A DNA stretch of 63,534 nucleotides, the filler included, from Nitrospinota bacterium (GTDB taxonomy: Bacteria; JAUXIQ01), in the NCBI GenBank assembly GCA_030620925.1. It is 13 parts of 13 records of this genome, joined end to end, with 100 filler letters (N's around TTAATTAATTAA, not from the genome) between each part and the next. Parts side by side here need not be neighbours in the genome. Positions count along the whole stretch, not along the records: positions 16,831 to 20,113 come from JAUXIQ010000337.1; positions 20,214 to 24,180 come from JAUXIQ010000269.1; positions 24,281 to 27,926 come from JAUXIQ010000295.1; positions 28,027 to 35,065 come from JAUXIQ010000100.1; 9 more parts are not named here. One strand, written 5' to 3'. The notes under the pieces were generated by a model. It did no database searches. It was not told the DNA's origin and saw nothing but the letters and a program-made list of their open reading frames with translations. Made by a program: the position numbers and the translations under genes. Shown here piece by piece: positions 18,586-29,167 of the stretch (the stretch's first letter is position 1; every line of letters starts with the position of its first letter).

Positions 18586-19695
18586 TCAGAGGGTCTCGGC
18601 CGCAGCTTTCAATCTTTCCGCTACATGTTCTACGAAGTCTACTTTCATCCCCGGCCAGAGGGGGAGGCTCATTACCTGTCTGGCCGCCCCTTCGGATATG
18701 GGAAAGCTCCCCTCTTCCATATTCAGATACTGGTATGCTTTTTGACGGTGAACCGGCAAGGTATAATATATTCCTGTAGAAACACCCTCTTCAGCCAACC
18801 TGTCTTTTAAGGTATCCCTGGTGTTAGCCCTGACTACGTAAAGGTGGTAAACGTGCTTTGCTCCTTCAATGCAGTGCGGAGTTATTATACCAGGGACATC
18901 TTTGAGAAGGCGATTATAGATTTCAGCATTCTCCCTCCTCTGCTGGTTCCAATGCTCCAGACGCCTGAGTTTTACCCGCAGCACCGCGGCCTGAATCTCA
19001 TCCATTCTGCCATTGACGCCTTCAAGGCCGTGCTCGTTCCAGGAGTTGCGGCCGTGATTTCTTAATGACTTCAGGGTTTCGTAAAGGTCTTTATCGTTGG
19101 TTACCACTGCTCCGGCGTCCCCCATAGCCCCCAGGTTTTTGGATGGGTAGAAGCTGAAGCAGGCGGCCCTGGAGATTCCTCCCACCCGGATACCTTTGTA
19201 CTCGGCCCCGTGGGCCTGGGCAGCATCCTCCAAAACCTCCAGGCCGTGCCGTTTGGCTATAGAATTAATGGGGTCCATGTCGGCGGGTTGTCCGTAAAGA
19301 TGAATGGGGATGATGGCCGCTGTTCTGGAGCTGATGGCCTCTTCCAGGAGGCCCGGGTTCATGTTGAAGGTATCCGGTAAAATGTCCACGAAGACGGGCC
19401 TGGCTCCAGTCAGGGTTATAGCCGCCGCTGTTCCCACGAAGGTGAAGGGGACAGTGATTACTTCGTCCCCCGAGCCTATGCCCATTGCTTTCAGAGCGAG
19501 ATAGAGGGCATCTGTTCCGGAAGATACCCCCACGGCATATCGGGCATCGCAGAAGGAAGCATATTCCTCTTCGAACAGGGCCACTTCCTCACCGCTTATG
19601 AAATGGCCGCGGCTGATTACAGAGTTGATGGCCTCCTTTATTTCGGCTTCTATAGCCGCGTGCTGTGCTTTAAGATCCATAAGAGGGATGATCAA
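18586..19695 (-). CDS. DegT/DnrJ/EryC1/StrS PLP-dependent sugar aminotransferase
   Basis: SSGTDAL, EDAAQAHG, SFYPSKNLG (PLP Lys), GRMDEIQAA. Confidence 0.93.
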   Translation of the reverse strand: MIIPLMDLKAQHAAIEAEIKEAINSVISRGHFISGEEVALFEEEYASFCDARYAVGVSSGTDALYLALKAMGIGSGDEVITVPFTFVGTAAAITLTGARPVFVDILPDTFNMNPGLLEEAISSRTAAIIPIHLYGQPADMDPINSIAKRHGLEVLEDAAQAHGAEYKGIRVGGISRAACFSFYPSKNLGAMGDAGAVVTNDKDLYETLKSLRNHGRNSWNEHGLEGVNGRMDEIQAAVLRVKLRRLEHWNQQRRENAEIYNRLLKDVPGIITPHCIEGAKHVYHLYVVRANTRDTLKDRLAEEGVSTGIYYTLPVHRQKAYQYLNMEEGSFPISEGAARQVMSLPLWPGMKVDFVEHVAERLKAAAETL

Positions 19696-20045
19696 TGTTC
19701 TTACTCCATCGGGAAGATGTCACGGTTCGCGGTATTTCCAACCGCTATTAATCATCGGCATTTTCGGCATTTTATTGAATGCCTGAGGGTGGGAAAATGC
19801 TTCCTCATGAAGTTTTAAGTTAATCGAGAAAATTATAAGCTATATATATGCCGCAGGCAAATGAAATATGGTTTATTAAGCTATAGTAAAGGTTTATATC
19901 ATGATTTTGCAAATTCAGTCTGGATTGTGTTCTCGCATTCTTTGTTGATAAATGAGTTATTATTTGTTATGTTATATTATAGGTAGATATGCGGAATTCG
20001 TTATATTTAACTCTTTAACAGCTCTGGAGTAAAAGGGATAAAACA

Positions 20046-20113
20046 ATGATTATTAAGCGTGGCATACTTTACACGCAGGTTTTTATTCTCATGGTCTCCT
20101 TCCTGTGGCTCCC
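20046..20113 (+). CDS. Possible start of an exported protein (3' truncated)
   Basis: ATG after AAGGGA; MIIKRGILYTQVFILMVSFLWL is signal-peptide-like; only 22 codons visible. Confidence 0.3.
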
Positions 20114-20213
20114 NNNNNNNNNNNNNNNNNNNNNNNNNNNNNNNNNNNNNNNNNNNNTTAATTAATTAANNNNNNNNNNNNNNNNNNNNNNNNNNNNNNN
20201 NNNNNNNNNNNNN
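20114..20213. other. Artificial contig spacer
   Basis: N44-TTAATTAATTAA-N44. Confidence 0.99.
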
Positions 20214-20670
20214 ATGGCTCACCGACCAGATGGAGAAGCGCATGGCGGCCGTCATGGAAGAGATCGAAGCCTCAGGCGGTATGGTGGCGGGTATCGAAAG
20301 CGGGCGTATTCAGCGGGATATCGCTCGACAGGCCCTGGAAGACGAGATGCGCCTGGCCCGCGGTGAGAGAACCGTGGTGGGAGTGAACCGTTTCGTGGAC
20401 GAAGAACCCCAGGAGGAAGAATTAGAGACGTTCGAGATGCACCCCCAGACCCAAGAGAAACAGTTGGCCAAGCTCCAGCGGGTGAAAGAGGAGCGCGATC
20501 AGGCTCAGGTCGACCGGACCCTCAAAGCCCTCAAGGAAGCAGCGGCGGAGAAGAACATTAACCTCATGCCCTGTTTTCTTGACTGCGTCAGGGCCTACGC
20601 CACCCTGGGGGAGATGGTAAGTGTCCTGAAGGAGGTATACGGCACCTACCAGGAACCTTCCTCCTTATAG
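20214..20670 (+). CDS. Acyl-CoA mutase (methylmalonyl-/isobutyryl-CoA mutase) large subunit, C-terminal part (5' truncated)
   Basis: GGMVAGIESG, VVGVNRF, NLMPCFLDCVRAYATLGEM. Ends without a B12-binding domain, so a split-type mutase. Confidence 0.9.
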
Positions 20671-20692
20671 CCATTCAAATCGGAACTTTGTT

Positions 20693-20865
20693 TTAACCTC
20701 CCACCCACTTTGACGTAGGGAAGATTCAAGGCAAGAGTGAATATTTGAGGTAGGGGCGATCCCGCCTGCCGCGGGTGAGGTTAGGGTCCTTCTTCTGTTC
20801 CAAGTCCCTCCCCCTTGATCCCGCCTTCCGCGGGACGTTCCGCTGGGGAGGTTAGGAGAGGGTGA
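20693..20865. repeat. Composite intergenic palindromes with nested mini-hairpins
   Basis: TAACCTCCCACCC...GGGTGAGGTTA and CCCTCCCCCTTGA...TGGGGAGGTTAGGAGAGGG arms, with TCCCGCC(T/G)CCGCGGG-type hairpins at 20760 and 20819. Confidence 0.65.
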
Positions 20866-20936
20866 ATATAGAATCCAGGGGAACATTGAAGTTATAGATA
20901 AAACGCCAGGGTTCAGGCAACGAAGCTTGGATTTAA

Positions 20937-21800
20937 TCATATTGAATCAGATAAAAGGCGGCTGACGAAAAACTCCAGGAACCTCTCCTTATCTGACCCC
21001 GTCGCCGCTCTGACGTTAGAGGCCCCTTCCTTTTTCAGGATCAGGCCGCCGTCATCAACCTCCAGGCAGACCTCCTCCCATCGGGCCATGGATTCTTCAA
21101 TCAATATGCCCACCGTGAAGGGGTCGTAGAGGATCAGCCTCCTCTCAGGGTAAAAAGCCTTCCACTGAGGTATCAGCCTGCTCAGGGCCCCGTTCAACGG
21201 AGACGAAAAACGGGTCAGCTCGTCCATCTTTTCCCGGGGTAGTTCCAGGTTCCAGGTGGCGTCGAGACCGACCATGATTATATCCGCCCCCGAGCCGAAC
21301 ACCTTCCCGGCCGCCTGCACGTCTGAGTAGATGTTCCATTCAGCCTGAGGCCGGTCGTCGCCCTTGTAATCTTTGCCCATCGAGCCCCCCATTATCACCA
21401 GCTTCAGGCGCTGCGCCGCCTGTGGAAACCGATCGAGGACGTGGGCGATATTGGTGAGGCTGCCCAGGGAAAGATAGACCGGCCTGTGAGCGGCATCGGC
21501 TATTTCACCATTCAGGAACAGGAGAAAATCCTCAAAGCTCCCCACCTCAGCGTTTCGGTAGTCCTCTATGAACTCCCCGTGGCTTAGTTTCCCCTTTCCG
21601 CCGGGCGTTCCCCTGTAGACGGGCACATCGCTCCGGCCCGCTGTTTCCAACAGCTTTGAAGCGACGAGCGCCCTCTCCTCCTCGTGGCGGTTATTGGTGA
21701 CCACCCCCTTAAGCACAAGCTCGGGGGAGCGCAAAAGCAGCGCCAGGGCCAGTGCGTCGTCTATATCATCGCCTATGTCGGTATCCACTATGACGTCCAT
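20937..21800 (-). CDS. Inosine/uridine-preferring nucleoside hydrolase family protein
   Basis: N-terminal DTDIGDDIDDA Ca-binding motif, LGSLTN, IMGG, AEWNI, LYDP. Start corrected to ATG 21800. Confidence 0.9.
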   Translation of the reverse strand: MDVIVDTDIGDDIDDALALALLLRSPELVLKGVVTNNRHEEERALVASKLLETAGRSDVPVYRGTPGGKGKLSHGEFIEDYRNAEVGSFEDFLLFLNGEIADAAHRPVYLSLGSLTNIAHVLDRFPQAAQRLKLVIMGGSMGKDYKGDDRPQAEWNIYSDVQAAGKVFGSGADIIMVGLDATWNLELPREKMDELTRFSSPLNGALSRLIPQWKAFYPERRLILYDPFTVGILIEESMARWEEVCLEVDDGGLILKKEGASNVRAATGSDKERFLEFFVSRLLSDSI

Positions 21801-21801
21801 A

Positions 21802-23511
21802 CTATTTATCCAGCCAGACGTTCTTGAAGCGAACGATGTCCATGGGGTTAGCCTCCATGTTTCTAAGGTATGGTTGAGCCAGCCGGTAGACCTCGCTGTG
21901 GGTGAGGAACAGCCAGGGGGCGTCCTCAACGGCTATTCTCTCCGCTTCCATATAGAGCTTCATCCGTTTTTCGCCGTCGGTGAGGGAAAGGGCGCGCTGG
22001 TAGAGCTCGTCGAAGCGGGGGTTTGAGTAGCGCGTGGAATTGGGGCCTGCGGGGGAATGGTTCTTGCCGTACAGAAGGGCCAGAAAATTTTCCGGGTCAG
22101 GATAATCGGCGATCCATCCCAACCGGAAAAAATGGGGCTTTCCCCTATCGATGGAATCCAGGTGCTGGGGCCAGGAGACCACCATCAATTTTACTTTGAC
22201 ACCCACCTCCGCCAGCATTGCCTGAACAGCCGCCGCTATGTCCTCGTTGAGCGTGCCGCCGGAGTTGAGCTGCAGGGTCAGCTCCGGAAGACCCTCCCCT
22301 CCGGGGTATCCCGCCCGGGCCAGCAGCTCGGCGGCTTTATCGAAATTGTAGCGGTAATCTTTCAGGTCTCCCCTGTAGCCCGGAATCCCCGGCGGCAGGA
22401 CACCCCTTGCCGGAACCCCCCTCCCGTTGAGCACGTGCTTGATGATAGCTTCCCGGTTCACGGCGTAGTTCAATGCCTGGCGCAGGAGTCTATTTCCTGC
22501 GAAGGGTTCCTTATCCATCATGAACCCGTAGTAATGGACGTCCAGGCTGGGCGCGGTGAACAGCCGGTATTTCCGGTACTTCTTCTTGAGCTTTCTCTCC
22601 GGGGTCATAACCTTGGTCCAAACTTCCTCAGGGATGCCTGTGTAATCCAGGTTGCCCCGGTCGAACTCCAGGAAAGCCATCAGGTTATCCCTCAGCAGTC
22701 TTATTCGGATGCCGTCCAGTCGCGGCAGCTTCTCCCCTCTTTCATCCTTTCCCCAGTAGTTCGGGTTGCGTTTGAGCAGGACGTGCACCCCCGGTCTCCA
22801 TTCCTCGAGCACGAACGGCCCGGTGCCCACGGGATGACGGAAGAAATCCACCCCGCGGCACTCCACCACCTCCCTGGGAACCACCCATGCGTAAGACATG
22901 GCCAGCAGATCGAGGAAAGGAGCGAAAGGCTTTGTCAATTCGATGCGGAGAGTGCTGTCATCCAGGACTTTAAGCCCCGCCACGTCCATTACCCCCGGTT
23001 TCCTTCCCTCCTCTTTTGCGGCGAGGAGCTCCCGGCGGTAGGCGTCCATACCTTTGACCCTGCCCCTGAAAATCCACCATCCCGTGGAAAGCACAGCGGG
23101 GTCGGCTATGCGCAGGAAGGAATACTTTACGTCATGGGCGGTGAGTTCACTGCCTGCACCACCCGGGAAGCATGGATCATCCTGAAAGCGCACTTCCTTC
23201 CTGAGGCGAAAAGTCCAGGTAATGCCGTCAGGCGACTCCCAGGATTCGGCCAGGCCGGGCCTCAACTGAAGCTTATCATCAAGCTCCAATAGACCCTCGT
23301 AAATCTGACTTGCGATAAGGCTGGAAGCGGTGTCCCCCACCCTGGCCGGATCGAGACTTCTGATTTCACTGGTGAGAGCGGCCTTGAGGGTTCCTCCCCT
23401 CTTCGCTTCCTCGGCCCATGCCCGGTAGCCGGATAAGAACGAAAGGTCGGCTGATAAAATAAGACCGATCAGCAGGAAGGGAATAATCAGTGCCCGGAAT
23501 CTCATTGTCAT
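21802..23511 (-). CDS. ABC transporter substrate-binding protein, family 5 (peptide/nickel-type)
   Basis: SLDPA, IYEGL, PGLAESW, VGTGPF, RQALNYAVNR, GWIADYPDPENF; N-terminal hydrophobic segment. Confidence 0.92.
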   Translation of the reverse strand: MTMRFRALIIPFLLIGLILSADLSFLSGYRAWAEEAKRGGTLKAALTSEIRSLDPARVGDTASSLIASQIYEGLLELDDKLQLRPGLAESWESPDGITWTFRLRKEVRFQDDPCFPGGAGSELTAHDVKYSFLRIADPAVLSTGWWIFRGRVKGMDAYRRELLAAKEEGRKPGVMDVAGLKVLDDSTLRIELTKPFAPFLDLLAMSYAWVVPREVVECRGVDFFRHPVGTGPFVLEEWRPGVHVLLKRNPNYWGKDERGEKLPRLDGIRIRLLRDNLMAFLEFDRGNLDYTGIPEEVWTKVMTPERKLKKKYRKYRLFTAPSLDVHYYGFMMDKEPFAGNRLLRQALNYAVNREAIIKHVLNGRGVPARGVLPPGIPGYRGDLKDYRYNFDKAAELLARAGYPGGEGLPELTLQLNSGGTLNEDIAAAVQAMLAEVGVKVKLMVVSWPQHLDSIDRGKPHFFRLGWIADYPDPENFLALLYGKNHSPAGPNSTRYSNPRFDELYQRALSLTDGEKRMKLYMEAERIAVEDAPWLFLTHSEVYRLAQPYLRNMEANPMDIVRFKNVWLDK

Positions 23512-23551
23512 TTTGGTGCGGCGTTCCTTTTTATCCCCTTTTATGGTGGCT

Positions 23552-24180
23552 CTACTCGCCCTCTCCCAACAGCTTTTGGAGGCGCTCCTCGATCTCATCC
23601 CTGCTCCATCCTTCCTGGCGGAGCTGCTTCCTGAGTTTCTCTGCTATTTCCTGTCGCATCTGTCGCTTGGCGTCCGCCTCCATTTTTTCCTCGGTCTCTA
23701 TTTTGGATACTCCTGTTTTGGAAGAAGACGACGGCCCGGAGCGCTTCGTTTCCTTTTTAACCACGGGAGGAGGCGCAGCGGTTTTCCCTCTTTCTCCGGT
23801 GCTTTTGGAATAGGTGACCCGCAGGGAGTAAAGGACATTTCCACTCTCCTCTCTTTGGAACATGGCTATATGGGAAACGCTGGCCTTCTTACGGAGAGTT
23901 TTTACTATCCGGTCTATACCCTTGTCCAGCGGGAGGTTTTTGAAATAGACATCTACCTTCACGCCCTTTGGAAATCCTGAGGTGACCAGTTTAAATCTCG
24001 CCTCTGCGGCTATTTTCTTCAGCAGAGCCTCGGCCCCGGCATTCACCGCCCTTACCGAGAGGCGGGAGTTTTCGTAACGCACTTCAAGCACCCTCTGCTT
24101 ATCCGCAGACAGGGATACGGCAGGCAGGGCCAACATGGTTCCCGCCAGCAGAAACATTACGGTTCCTGTCTTAAAGCGCA
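23552..24180 (-). CDS. Exported hypothetical protein with STN/secretin-N-like segment (5' end at contig edge)
   Basis: Signal peptide, then LSVRAVNA..LLKKIA..V.VYFKNLPLDKGIDRIV; charged helical C-terminus. Confidence 0.55.
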
Positions 24181-24280
24181 NNNNNNNNNNNNNNNNNNNN
24201 NNNNNNNNNNNNNNNNNNNNNNNNTTAATTAATTAANNNNNNNNNNNNNNNNNNNNNNNNNNNNNNNNNNNNNNNNNNNN
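24181..24280. other. Artificial contig spacer
   Basis: N44-TTAATTAATTAA-N44. Confidence 0.99.
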
Positions 24281-25599
24281 CCAAGATAGGGGCGGTGCTC
24301 GTCCCCCTCAACTTCAGGTTAGTGGCCAGAGAGCTTAACTACGCGCTGGACGACTCCGGCGCGTGCACCCTCATCGTAGGGCGGGAGTTCCTGGAGACCA
24401 TAGAGACAATGCGGCCGGGGCTCAAGACGGTCAAAAACTTGGTGCTCATGGATAGCGCCCCTCCTGAAGGAATGATGGCCTACGAGGACCTGCTTGCCCG
24501 TTACCCTGAAGAGGAGCCCCGGGTGGAAGTGGGCCTGGAGGACAAACACCTCATCGTCTATACCTCCGGCACCACCGGCATGCCCAAGGGAACGCTCTAC
24601 ACTCACCAGACCACCTGCTGGAATTCCATCGACCAGATAACCGATTTCGGCTTCACCGCTTCGGATATAGTGCTGGCCAACGGCCCTCTCTACCACGTGG
24701 CTTCCATCATCATTCTCACCATGCCCATGTTTCACCTCGGGGGCAGTGTGGTCTTGATGCCCAGCACGGGGTTCGACCCCAGAAACGTGGTGAGTCTCAT
24801 AGAGGAGGAAAAAGTCACCATCACCGTCCTCTTCCCCATTATGCTCAAAGAGATACTGCGCGTGGAAAACCTGGGGGATTACGATACCTCTTCCCTGAGG
24901 TACTTGTTCGTAGGGGGTGAGCCCGTTCCGCTTAGCACGCTGGAAGGGGCCATGAAATCTTTTCCCGGGGCAAAAGTCATCCAGGGCTACGGCCTCACCG
25001 AGGGCTCACCCATGGCCGCCTACCTGCCCTGGGAGCACGCCATGAGAAAGTTGGGCTCCGTCGGCAAGGCCGTCGCCCATCTGGAAGTAAGGGTGGTGGA
25101 CGATGAGGGGAGTGACGTGACGCCGGGACAGGTGGGAGAGATATGGACGCGAGGCCCCGCGGTATCCGAAGGCTACTGGATGCGCCCGGAGGCCAACCGC
25201 GAGACTTTCGCCGGCGGCTGGTGCCACACCGGCGATCTGGGCCGGGTAGATGAAGAGGGTTTCATCTACATAGCGGGTAGGAAGAAAGACATGATAATCA
25301 GCGGCGCGGAAAACATCTACCCTGCGGAGATAGAAGACGTCCTCTACAAACACCCCGCCATCGTCGAAGTAGCCGTCATCGGCGTACCCGACGACAAGTG
25401 GGGCGAAGCGGTTATGGCCTTGGTGGTGCCCAAACAGGGTCACCAGCTCACCGCCCAGGAGGTCATCGACTACTGCAAAGACAACCTCGCCAGCTACAAA
25501 AAGCCCAGGTATGTGGAATTCACCGACTCCCTCCCCCGCACCGCCTCCATGAAAGTTCAAAAACACAAACTTCGAGAGAAATATTCCTTGAAGAAATAA
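24281..25599 (+). CDS. Acyl-CoA synthetase / long-chain fatty acid--CoA ligase (5' truncated)
   Basis: YTSGTTGMPKG, QGYGLTE, HTGDLG, GRKKDMIISGAENIYP, LPRTASMKV. Confidence 0.93.
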
Positions 25600-25614
25600 C
25601 TCTGCAGGGCTTAA

Positions 25615-25825
25615 TCGCGGCAAGATGCCGCTCCTACAAGTCGCCGTGGACTCGCGGGTTCGTTCCTGTCATTCTTCGTCTTGCCTTCCGCGGGATTGCC
25701 GAGGGAGTATAAAACCCCGCCACAAGTGACGGGGTTCGAACCCGCCGAGGCGGGATGTGATGCTCCCAACCATGAATGGGCGAGTATGCAACGCAAAAGT
25801 TTTGAGGAGGGCGTGCCGCGGGATG
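25615..25825. repeat. REP-type palindrome cluster
   Basis: 25615-25639 is the exact reverse complement of 283-307. Also hairpins ACCCCGCCACAAGTGACGGGGT and CCCGCCGAGGCGGG. Confidence 0.75.
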
Positions 25826-25850
25826 GGTATGCATCAAGGAAAGAGTTTAT

Positions 25851-26978
25851 TCAGTATCGGCGGGCGAGCGTATTGATGAAGATGCTTATGAGGCCGGCAA
25901 GCATGAAATATCTCAGCAACACCTCTATGGTAACCAGTATCTCGGCACTGAGATTTAAAGGCACCACGTCGCCAAACCCGATGGAAGAGAAGGTTATTAT
26001 GCTGTAATAGTATGGCGTCCACCAGGAATCGGGAGCAGTCCCCGTAATACTGATTATGGGGCTTATTCTTTCCATGCTTTCAAAAAAGTTTCGGAGCAGC
26101 GGCCAGAAACTAAAATATTTGGACAGCTCATAACCCGCATACAGAAATCCAAAAAACATGGAAATGCCCAGGGACCACGCCAGCCATCTCCAAAAACTGC
26201 GGCCGTAATCACAGGTAAGCCACCAGAGAGAACCTAAAACTTTGAGCTTCCGGTTCTTCTGGGCCCTCCTTTTGAAATCATCGATGTACTGCTGGTCTTT
26301 TATAAAACGTTCCAACGAAGGGTTTTTCGACCAGTCGACATCTCTCGTATCGGCCCCGACTAAATTCGTATCTCTATCATATTCTATTGCAAACAGATGG
26401 GCTCGCTGAAGGTTTACTCCGAGGAGGTAGGCGCCTTCAAGGTTCGCTCCGCTGAGGTCGGCTTCCCGGAGGTTCGTATTGTAGAGGGAAGCTTCCTGGA
26501 GGTCCGCCCCCAGGAAGATAGCTTCCTGAAGGTTTGAGCCGTTGAGGGCGGCCCCCCGAAGGTTCGCCTGCCTCAGGTCGGCTGCTTTAAGGTTCGCTCG
26601 CTCTATCCGGGCCTCTTCAATATCAGCCTGAACCAGGAAGATGCCTTGAAGATTCCCTTCCTCCATGTTGGCCCCACGCAGGTTCGCTTTCCAGAGGTTA
26701 ACCCCCTGAAGATTCGCCCGCCTGAGGTTGGCCCCCGCAAGATTCACCTGCTTGAGGTCGATTCCCTTGAGGTTTGCATCAACGAGTATAAACTGCTCCA
26801 AATCCCCTTGCCGCTCTCTCGCCAGGCGCACGATCCTGTCTTTGAGTCCGGTTTTTTCTTCCTCCGGTAAATGCTCCCAGCAGGATTCATAGGTCGTCAG
26901 CGCCAGTTTTCTGCATTTTTCCTCTCCGCACTCTATTTCATCTCTTTTGAGGTTGAGCTTTTGTCCATCTTCAGGCAC
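25851..26978 (-). CDS. Pentapeptide-repeat protein with C-terminal 2TM potassium-channel-like domain
   Basis: More than 20 A(N/D)Lxx repeats; CDYGRS, TM1, pore helix YYSIITFSSIGFGDVVP, TM2. Confidence 0.88.
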   Translation of the reverse strand: MPEDGQKLNLKRDEIECGEEKCRKLALTTYESCWEHLPEEEKTGLKDRIVRLARERQGDLEQFILVDANLKGIDLKQVNLAGANLRRANLQGVNLWKANLRGANMEEGNLQGIFLVQADIEEARIERANLKAADLRQANLRGAALNGSNLQEAIFLGADLQEASLYNTNLREADLSGANLEGAYLLGVNLQRAHLFAIEYDRDTNLVGADTRDVDWSKNPSLERFIKDQQYIDDFKRRAQKNRKLKVLGSLWWLTCDYGRSFWRWLAWSLGISMFFGFLYAGYELSKYFSFWPLLRNFFESMERISPIISITGTAPDSWWTPYYYSIITFSSIGFGDVVPLNLSAEILVTIEVLLRYFMLAGLISIFINTLARRY

Positions 26979-27130
26979 TTGGTACCTCCATTTAGAATAA
27001 GGGTCGATACCTTTTATATTACCAGAGAGACGAAAATAAATCAGCAGTTAGTGAGGGTATGCTCGCAGATTTCCCTCCTGTGGCCGTCCTTAACCAAGGC
27101 AGGCCCAGGTATATCTGAGCTTAGCATATC

Positions 27131-27926
27131 TTATCTTGTAAGAACACTGCCGGCCTGTGCGCGGAGGTGGGAGCCGCCGGAGACGGTGAGTGCGCCGTTG
27201 ACTATGACGTGGGCGATGCCTTCGGGGAACTGTTTGGGGTCTTCATAGGTGGCGAGGTCTTTTATACGTTGATGGTCGAAGACGACTATATCCGCCTTGA
27301 ACCCTTCCTTGATCAGCCCTCTGTCTTTTAAGCCCATTCGTTGCGCGGGCAGAGAGGTGGCCTTGCGCACGGCCTGGGGCAGGTCCAGCACGTTTTCATC
27401 GCGGGCGTAATGTCCCAGGATGCGGGGATACGTGCCGTAGAGCCGGGGGTGAGGTTTGCCGCCCCTGATGCCGTCGGTGCAGACCATCTGCGCCGGGTGC
27501 TGCATGATGCGCCGCACGTCGGCTTCGTCCATGAGATGTATTATCATGGATACCGCCAGGTCCTCCTCCACCAGGAGGTCCAGGGCCGCGTCTGCGGGGT
27601 CTTTCCCTACGATATCTCCGATCTCCGCCAGGCTTTTCCCCTCCAGTGGCTTGTTCTTCTCGGTTTGCACGCCCGAAATCACCACGCCCTCCCATCCTGC
27701 CAGCTTGACGAAATTCTCGCCTTTGCCGGCTTCAGGACTGAGGCGCTCTTTAATCTTCGCCCGGTCCGATGGGTCCTGAAGATGATCGAGCAGTTTCTCC
27801 GGTCCCCCCTTGAACGTCCACGAAGGAAGAACGGCGTGAAGCACTGTGCAGCCTGCCAGGTAGGGATACTGATCGAAGGTGAGGTCGAGGCCCTTATCCC
27901 TGGCCTCGTCTATCATCTCCAGTAGA
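27131..27926 (-). CDS. N-acyl-D-amino-acid deacylase (D-aminoacylase), C-terminal part (5' truncated)
   Basis: DQYPYLAG, CTDG, PHPRLYGTYPRILG, ADIVVFD, VIVNG. Confidence 0.92.
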
Positions 27927-28026
27927 NNNNNNNNNNNNNNNNNNNNNNNNNNNNNNNNNNNNNNNNNNNNTTAATTAATTAANNNNNNNNNNNNNNNNNN
28001 NNNNNNNNNNNNNNNNNNNNNNNNNN
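27927..28026. other. Artificial contig spacer
   Basis: N44-TTAATTAATTAA-N44. Confidence 0.99.
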
Positions 28027-28673
28027 AAGCGTTGAGGGAGTCGGGCGCCGAATGTATCGTCGGAATAGATGAAGCAGGAAGAGGCGCTCTGGCCGGCCCT
28101 GTGGTAGCGGCGGCGGTAGCTTTACCACCGAAGACAAGTATAGACAGCCTCAACGATTCCAAGCAGCTCTCGGCAAAGAACCGTGCAGAACTCTTCCCTG
28201 TGATTATAGACACCGCACTGGCCGTAGGTGTGGGAATAGCGGTAAGAGAAATAGTAGACCGGATCAACGTTCGACGGGCCACGCAAGTCGCCATGGCATC
28301 AGCAGTCTTAGACCTACCCATCGACCCCGACGCACTGCTTATAGACGCCCTGCACATACCTCAATTATCCATCCATCAGGAGTGCATAATCAAGGGTGAC
28401 AGCCTGAGCCAGTCCATAGCAGCGGCTTCGGTGATCGCCAAAGTGACCAGGGATAATATCATGTGCTATTATCATCAGCTCTACCCCCAGTACGGCTTCC
28501 AACAAAACAAAGGCTACCCCACCAGAAGCCATCTGGAATCTATAAGAATCTTAGGCCCATGCATACTGCACAGGGAAACGTTTCGCGGGGTAAAAGAACA
28601 TATTTCGTCTGCCCAAATGGAGTATGACCAAAAAGATTTCTCCTTCAAGCGGGAAAGAGAATATGCAGGATGA
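28027..28673 (+). CDS. rnhB: Ribonuclease HII (5' truncated)
   Basis: GIDEAGRGALAGPVVAA, DSKQL, KGD, AAASVIAKVTRD, NKGYPT. Confidence 0.96.
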
Positions 28674-29058
28674 GAGAAAAGCGCTTGGGAAGAAAGGCGA
28701 AAAGATAGCTGAGAAATTTCTCAAGCGAAGGGGTTACAAAATCGTCGAGCGTAACTATCGCTGCCGCTTCGGCGAAGTCGACCTTATTGCGGTAGATGGA
28801 GAATGCCTGGTCTTCGTAGAAGTAAAAACCAGACGCGATGGAGGATCAATCCCCCCTCAGTTTGCCGTTGACAGACGTAAACAGAGCCGCTTGACGCACC
28901 TCGCCGCTTACTTCCTCTCCCATAATCCCAGCCTTAAAACGCAACCGCAGTGCCGCTTCGACGTGGTGGCCGTAATCACGGACGCCAGAGGAAAGAAGCC
29001 GTCAATAGAGTTGTTTCAAAACGCCTTCCTGCCAAAAAACACCCGATTCACTATCTGA
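28663..29058 (+). CDS. yraN: YraN family (UPF0102) PD-(D/E)xK nuclease-like protein
   Basis: LGKKGE, RNYRCRFGEVDLI, FVEVKTR, CRFDVVAV; rnhB-yraN synteny. Confidence 0.92.
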   Translation: MQDERKALGKKGEKIAEKFLKRRGYKIVERNYRCRFGEVDLIAVDGECLVFVEVKTRRDGGSIPPQFAVDRRKQSRLTHLAAYFLSHNPSLKTQPQCRFDVVAVITDARGKKPSIELFQNAFLPKNTRFTI

Positions 29059-29167
29059 ACGTCAATGCTATATATTTTGTCTTATCCAATAGACAACTGA
29101 GCCAGCGAATACCCTATGTCTTCACTCGGGGAGGAGAGGGGAAGGAAAAATTGCAGGGTGATTTCCG

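Noticed and set aside
25713-25800. tRNA-like T-arm GCGGG-TTCGAAC-CCCGT on the minus strand
   Set aside because: No matching acceptor stem, D-arm or anticodon arm; it arises from two abutting repeat hairpins.
16731-28026. Apparent CoA-metabolism supercluster (dehydratases, CitE, mutase, CoA ligase) across neighbouring segments
   Set aside because: The genes lie on different contigs joined by spacers, so their adjacency carries no information.
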